Of a DNA stretch of 64,000 nucleotides, positions 58,861-64,000 are shown piece after piece. This DNA comes from Candidatus Pacearchaeota archaeon. Lineage in GTDB: Archaea; Nanobdellota; Nanobdellia; Pacearchaeales; GW2011-AR1. The notes beneath the pieces were generated by a model that was not told the origin of the DNA, did no database searches, and saw nothing but the letters and a program-made list of their open reading frames with translations. The position numbers and the translations under genes are program-made. The stretch spans positions 20,085-84,084 of the forward strand of contig JAAOYK010000051.1 in the NCBI GenBank assembly GCA_018221305.1. Direction: 5' to 3'. Every line of letters starts with the position of its first letter. Position 1 is the first letter of the stretch.

Positions 58861-59796
58861 ATGGTAAAACTAAACATTAGAAATAAAATCCTAATTGGAT
58901 TTGGAATTATACTAGGAATAGCTTTAATCTCGATGATTACAGTTTACACTGCAACTACAAACCTAAACAAACTATCCCAAGAATTGGCCCCCCTATCAAA
59001 GGATATAGGAATTTTAGAAAAACAAATAAAAACAAATCAACAAATAGAAAAACAACTAGAATTATTTATTCTTGTAAAAAGTCCTGAAAATAAAGAATTA
59101 TTACTTCAAAAAGTAGAAGAATCTCAAGACTACCTCGAGGAATCAGTTAATAGAAACCAAAAAAACAAAAATATCCTAGAATTTAAAGATTTACATGAAA
59201 AAGGGCATGAACAAATTTTACATTTAATTGAAGAAATAGAATCAAAAGTCTCAACAGCCCACATAAATCTCAAAGTAATTGAATCCTATAATTTAATAGA
59301 ACAGATAACAAATCTCGGTGAACAAATATCTCAAGAAAAAAGTAATCAATATGAGGCAATAATAATAAAACAAAAAAAAATCATTAAAAATTTACAAACT
59401 AATCTCTTAATCTCGGCCCTAATATTAATAATTTCAGGATCATTTTTATCAATTAAAATTTCGAAAACATTAACAAATCCAATAATCAAATTAAAAGATA
59501 CTGCAGAAAAGATAGGAAGGGGAAATCTAAATATTTTAGCAGAAATAAAAACCAATGATGAAATAGGTGAATTAGCAAACACTATTAATTTAATGACTAA
59601 TAAATTAAAGGCCTCAAGGAAACAACTACAAGATGCAAACAAAAACCTAGAGAAAAAGATAAAAAAAAGGATTCAAGATTCTGAATTAAAATCAAAAGAA
59701 TACGAGAGAATGAACAAATTCATGCTTGGAAGAGAAAATGTGATGGTTAAATTAAAAAGTGAGATAAAGGAATTAAAAGAACAATTGAAAAAATAA
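58861..59796 (+). CDS. Two-TM HAMP sensor (helical extracellular domain) without catalytic output
   Basis: TM-extracellular-TM, HAMP (PIIKL...DEIGELANTIN), coiled coil ending NKFMLGRENVMVKLK. Confidence 0.85.
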   Translation: MVKLNIRNKILIGFGIILGIALISMITVYTATTNLNKLSQELAPLSKDIGILEKQIKTNQQIEKQLELFILVKSPENKELLLQKVEESQDYLEESVNRNQKNKNILEFKDLHEKGHEQILHLIEEIESKVSTAHINLKVIESYNLIEQITNLGEQISQEKSNQYEAIIIKQKKIIKNLQTNLLISALILIISGSFLSIKISKTLTNPIIKLKDTAEKIGRGNLNILAEIKTNDEIGELANTINLMTNKLKASRKQLQDANKNLEKKIKKRIQDSELKSKEYERMNKFMLGRENVMVKLKSEIKELKEQLKK

Positions 59797-59805
59797 TAAA
59801 ATTTA

Positions 59806-59838
59806 AATGAAAGGAGGTAAATAAAACAAATAATGGAA
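59806..59838 (+). repeat. 33-bp duplicated translation-initiation region, copy 2
   Basis: aatgaaaggaggtaaataaaacaaataatggaa. Confidence 0.85.
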
Positions 59839-60717
59839 ATAAAAACATCAGATAACCAAAAAAATTTAAAAAAAGGACTTTTAATTATAGCCATAGTGAT
59901 TTTTATAGTTATAAGTTTGGTCCTCATTAGTTATAATCTATTTTCAAATAAAGAAGCAAAATTAGATCAAAATCAAGAAACAGAGTCTCAAGAAATTAAG
60001 GACATAAAATTAGAAACCAATAAAATAATTATTGCAAGTGGTGAATGGTCTCCATATGTCTCGGAAAATTTGCTTCAGGAGGGGGTAGTTTCTCGTATTG
60101 TAAGAGAATCATTTGAATTAAAAGGATTTGAAGTAGAATATGTATATCTTCCATGGGCAAGAAGCATGGAAGAAGCAAAAATTGGAAAATATCATGGGAC
60201 CTTTCCATGGATTAAAACTACTGAAAGAGAAGAATCCTTTTACTATTCAGTTCCAATTGCATATCAAAAAAATGTTTTTTTCCATAGAAAAGACACTGAT
60301 TTTAATTGGGCCACCTTGCAAGACTTAAAAAATTTAACAATTGGTGCAAATTCAGATTATTCCTATGGAGAAGAGGTCACTCAAGAAATTAACAATGGGA
60401 CTCTTACTGTGGAATACATAGTTGACGACAAGGCAAATATAAAAAAGTTACTTGCAAAAAGGGTCGATATCGTAATAGCAGATTTAGATGCAACTTCTGC
60501 TATTATTAAAAAATTAACCGAACAGGAACAAGAACAAATAACTTACCATCCAAGAGACATAACTCAGGACCCGCTATATCTCTTGTTAACCAAATCAATT
60601 ACTGAAAATAAAGAAACTATGGAAATTTTTAATTCTGGATTTAAACGTTTGCAAGAAAGCGGAAAAATAGAGCAATACTGGAACGAATCTAGAAACGGAG
60701 AATACACTCAAAAATAA
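59833..60717 (+). CDS. Membrane-anchored substrate-binding protein, family 3 (amino-acid-binding type)
   Basis: N-terminal TM; GEWSPY, LPWARS, DLKNLTIG, KLLAKRVDI, FNSGFKRLQESG. Confidence 0.85.
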   Translation: MEIKTSDNQKNLKKGLLIIAIVIFIVISLVLISYNLFSNKEAKLDQNQETESQEIKDIKLETNKIIIASGEWSPYVSENLLQEGVVSRIVRESFELKGFEVEYVYLPWARSMEEAKIGKYHGTFPWIKTTEREESFYYSVPIAYQKNVFFHRKDTDFNWATLQDLKNLTIGANSDYSYGEEVTQEINNGTLTVEYIVDDKANIKKLLAKRVDIVIADLDATSAIIKKLTEQEQEQITYHPRDITQDPLYLLLTKSITENKETMEIFNSGFKRLQESGKIEQYWNESRNGEYTQK

Positions 60718-60718
60718 C

Positions 60719-61573
60719 ATGATAAGAAAAAGTTTAATGGTTAAATTAAGTATAATTATCCTAATTATATCAACACTAGCATTTGCCTTACTTGGTTCTT
60801 TTGAATATAAATATGATTCAAAAGAGCTAAAAAAAGATTTAATAAATAGACTAGAATCAACATCAAAAAGACTATCAATAAGCTTAGATACGCCCTTGTA
60901 CACCTTTCAAGACCAAGGAATAAGAGACATCATACTCTCTGAAATAAGTGATCCTGAAATAATCGGGATATTTGTAATAGAAAATTCAAAAATTAATTCA
61001 AGTTATGGATATGCAAAATTAGAAGATAAAATAATAGAATCAAAAACATTTCCTGAGAAATCTAATAATATCTTGCAAATCAAGAACACAATTTCACATA
61101 AAGAAGAAAGTTTGGGAGAGGTTTATGTTTTTATTACAACAAATGTCTTAAAACAAAAATTAAAATCAGAATTAATAACTCATGCCATCCAAATAATTAT
61201 TATTAACATATCAATAACAATCCTATTAATCGCGCTACTTAAAATAATGATTATAAGCCCCCTAAATACTTTGCAAAAAGCAACATCTCAAATATCAAAA
61301 GGAAACTTAAATCAAAACATACAAATAAAATCAAAGGATGAAATAGGTGATCTTGCAAATACATTTCAAGAAATGACTAATAAATTAAAGATCTCAAGAA
61401 AGCAACTCCAAGATGCAAATAAAAATCTTGAATTAAAAATAAAACAAAGAACCTCAGAATTACAAAACAAAAATAAAGAATACGAACGGATGAACAAGTT
61501 CATGCTTGGAAGAGAAAATGAAATGGTTAAATTAAAAGAACAAATAAAAAAACTAAAAGAAAATAAAAAATGA
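60719..61573 (+). CDS. Two-TM HAMP sensor without catalytic output
   Basis: TM-extracellular-TM, HAMP (PLNTL...DEIGDLANTFQEM), ending NKFMLGRENEMVKLK. Confidence 0.85.
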   Translation: MIRKSLMVKLSIIILIISTLAFALLGSFEYKYDSKELKKDLINRLESTSKRLSISLDTPLYTFQDQGIRDIILSEISDPEIIGIFVIENSKINSSYGYAKLEDKIIESKTFPEKSNNILQIKNTISHKEESLGEVYVFITTNVLKQKLKSELITHAIQIIIINISITILLIALLKIMIISPLNTLQKATSQISKGNLNQNIQIKSKDEIGDLANTFQEMTNKLKISRKQLQDANKNLELKIKQRTSELQNKNKEYERMNKFMLGRENEMVKLKEQIKKLKENKK

Positions 61574-63624
61574 AAATAAAAATTCAAACAAAAATTATTT
61601 CGGGATTCATTATAATAATCCTAATTGCAACTATTTTCTTTTACATATCAATCAATTCAAACAAAAAAAGTTTAGAAGAATCAATAGGACTACAGTCCTT
61701 GTTTCTAGCTCAAGAATCCCTCCAAAAAGCTGAAAGAGAAATTTATAGTAAAATCGAAATTTTTCAAGAGTATTCCCATGATACGGCCCTCCAAGAAGCA
61801 GTTTTGGCATCAAACAAAGAATTCAAAAATTTAACAAATATCTCTGAATATATCAATCAAAAAGACTCTGAATGGATTTCAGCACAAGAATCAAGAATAA
61901 CAGAATTTATGCAAAAGATATTAGAAAATGAACTATCCCTAGAATTAAAAGAAAAAACAAATTTCTGGGAAGAAGAATACAAGTATCCCATTTATGCAGA
62001 AGTATTTGTAACAAATAAATATGGAGCAAATATAGCTCAAACCGGAAAGACCTCTGATTATTATCAGGCAGACGAAATATGGTGGCAAAAAGCAAAAGAA
62101 CAAGAGTTATACATTGGAGAGCTTGAATATGATACGAGCGCAAAAGCTTTCTCTCTCCCAATTGCAATAAAAATTCATGATGAAAATAATAATTTCATAG
62201 GAACCATAAAAGTTGTTTTAGATATTAGAAATACAATAAATCTTTTAAAAGAGATAGAAATTACCCGGAAAATAGATTATCCTCTGCATCTTAAACTGTT
62301 AACTAACGATAAAAAATTAATCTATGCTACTGGAAAATACACAATCTTAAAAAATATGTCCAAAAGTGAGCTCTACGACAGAGTTAAAGGAAATCAAGGC
62401 TCTTTCATCATAATTGAAAAATATGAATCTGAAACAAAAAAAGAATTAATCGCATATGTTATTTCCAAAAAATCTCCAGATTTAAAATCCCTTGGATGGA
62501 CCCTATTTTTAGAACACGAATTAATCCAAATATTTGAACCCATAAACATTATGAAAAGAAATCTAATAATACTCGTAATAATTTTATCACTCACCGGCGC
62601 CATAATAACAATACTTATTTCATATTCTATTTCAAAGCCAGTATCCAAATTAAAAAAAGCCAGCTTTGAAATTGCTAAAGGAAACTTAAATCATGAAATA
62701 AATATTAAAAGTAGTGATGAAATTGGAGATTTAGCAAAATCCTTTACTGAAATGACTAAAAATTTAAAATTATATCAACAAAAACTAATTCAATCAGAAA
62801 AACAAAAAGGCAAGGGCCTTGAAATAGAAGTTGTAAAAAAAACTAAACAATTAAATGAACAACTTCAGGACTTAAACAATACAAAAACAGCAATATTAAA
62901 TATCATGGAAGATATGTCTCATGCAAATGAGGATTTAAAGGCATTAGACAAAGCAAAATCAAATTTCTTAAACATGATATCTCACGAACTAAAAACCCCA
63001 TTAACAGCATTAATTGCACACTTAGAAGTAATTGATGATATGAAAAGCGAGCTTCCAAAAGCAGAATTAAAAAGCCTTGAAGCAATAAGACGTAATGCAA
63101 ATAACCTACAAATGCTAATTGTTAACATATTAGAAATTGCAAGAATGGAATCAGGCAAATTTGAACTAACAAAAGGTGAAGTAAATATTCAAAATTCAAT
63201 TAACAATTTAATTAGTAGGCTAGAAATTTTAGCAAAACAAAAAAATCTACCAATAATCCCAAAAGTAGGAAAACTACCATTAATAAATGCAGACGAAAAC
63301 AGAATAAATGAGATACTTAACAATCTTACGACCAATGCAATTAAATTTACTGAAAAAGGCACCATCACAATTTCAGCAATAAAAAAAGGTAATTTTATTG
63401 AAATCTCTGTTAAAGACACAGGTGTTGGAATCCCAAAAGATAAAATTAAAAATTTATTTCGTAAATTTTATCAGGTTGATGCATCATTATCAAGAAGATA
63501 CGGAGGAACAGGATTAGGGTTATCAATTACACGCCAACTAATAGAATCACACGGGGGAAAGATCTGGGTAAAAAGTGATAAAGGCAAAGGTGCAACTTTC
63601 ACATTCACCTTACCAATTAAATAA
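61570..63624 (+). CDS. Membrane sensor histidine kinase (Cache-like, HAMP, HisKA, HATPase)
   Basis: H-box FLNMISHELKTPL, N-box NNLTTNAIKFT, G1 DTGVGI, G2 GGTGLGL. Confidence 0.95.
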   Translation: MKIKIQTKIISGFIIIILIATIFFYISINSNKKSLEESIGLQSLFLAQESLQKAEREIYSKIEIFQEYSHDTALQEAVLASNKEFKNLTNISEYINQKDSEWISAQESRITEFMQKILENELSLELKEKTNFWEEEYKYPIYAEVFVTNKYGANIAQTGKTSDYYQADEIWWQKAKEQELYIGELEYDTSAKAFSLPIAIKIHDENNNFIGTIKVVLDIRNTINLLKEIEITRKIDYPLHLKLLTNDKKLIYATGKYTILKNMSKSELYDRVKGNQGSFIIIEKYESETKKELIAYVISKKSPDLKSLGWTLFLEHELIQIFEPINIMKRNLIILVIILSLTGAIITILISYSISKPVSKLKKASFEIAKGNLNHEINIKSSDEIGDLAKSFTEMTKNLKLYQQKLIQSEKQKGKGLEIEVVKKTKQLNEQLQDLNNTKTAILNIMEDMSHANEDLKALDKAKSNFLNMISHELKTPLTALIAHLEVIDDMKSELPKAELKSLEAIRRNANNLQMLIVNILEIARMESGKFELTKGEVNIQNSINNLISRLEILAKQKNLPIIPKVGKLPLINADENRINEILNNLTTNAIKFTEKGTITISAIKKGNFIEISVKDTGVGIPKDKIKNLFRKFYQVDASLSRRYGGTGLGLSITRQLIESHGGKIWVKSDKGKGATFTFTLPIK

Positions 63625-63670
63625 ACAATAAAAATATAAACATATGACACTTTGAAAGGGGGTTAAAAAA

Positions 63671-64000
63671 ATGACAAAAATACTTTACATTGAAGACAAT
63701 CAAGATACTGCTGAGGCAGTGAAAATAATCTTAACTAATGCAGGTTTCATCATAGAAACTGCAAACTCTGGGAAAAAAGGAACAGCACTAGCAAAAAAAG
63801 GGTTTGACATTTTCTTGCTTGATATAATGTTGCCTGACATGTCTGGATGGGACATTTTCGCAACACTTAAAAAAGAAGGCACAAAAGCAAAATTTGCGTT
63901 TTTATCTGCAATCCCAGTTTCTGGTGAACGAATGAATGAGCTAAAAAAAGCAGGAGTTTCAGATTACATCACAAAACCGTTTACAAAAGAGGACCTAGTA
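63671..64000 (+). CDS. Response regulator receiver domain, truncated by the window end
   Basis: Not in the ORF track. MTKILYIEDN...FLLDIMLPDMSGW...FLSA...YITKPF; GGGGG RBS upstream. Confidence 0.92.
   Translation, partial: MTKILYIEDNQDTAEAVKIILTNAGFIIETANSGKKGTALAKKGFDIFLLDIMLPDMSGWDIFATLKKEGTKAKFAFLSAIPVSGERMNELKKAGVSDYITKPFTKEDLV

Noticed and set aside
58861..61573. Methyl-accepting chemotaxis proteins or frameshifted kinases
   Set aside because: There is no MCP signalling hairpin, each ORF ends at the same motif, and the next gene starts immediately, leaving no room for a lost kinase domain.

Overview
An AT-rich, gene-dense 64-kb window that looks like a DPANN archaeon (Pacearchaeota/Woesearchaeota-like). 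The basis is inferential: TATA boxes sit about 25 bp upstream of many starts, TPI and class I FBP aldolase are archaeal-type, the TctA/DUF112 permease is stand-alone, and there are giant sequon-rich surface proteins. From left to right it holds four blocks. (i) A cell-envelope block (LtaS-like sulfatase, UgtP-like GT28, glf) containing a five-gene operon matching the Campylobacter O-methyl phosphoramidate (MeOPN) enzymes Cj1415-Cj1419, plus a sulfotransferase-fold gene; this 6.4-kb unit is bracketed by a 33-bp direct repeat. (ii) A sugar-processing/glycolysis cluster wrapped around a group 3b [NiFe] hydrogenase operon with only part of the maturation machinery. (iii) A surface-protein locus in which three proteins share a C-terminal domain and small DNA-binding genes sit next to tandem operator-like repeats. 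(iv) A signalling operon in which three sensors without a catalytic output (an 11-PAS protein and two HAMP membrane sensors paired with orphan solute-binding proteins) all end in the same NKFxxGRExxMVxLK helix, followed by one histidine kinase and a receiver protein, suggesting a split, modular sensor-kinase system. No rRNA, tRNA, CRISPR array, transposase or integrase was recognised. All family calls are by-eye motif recognition, not database searches.
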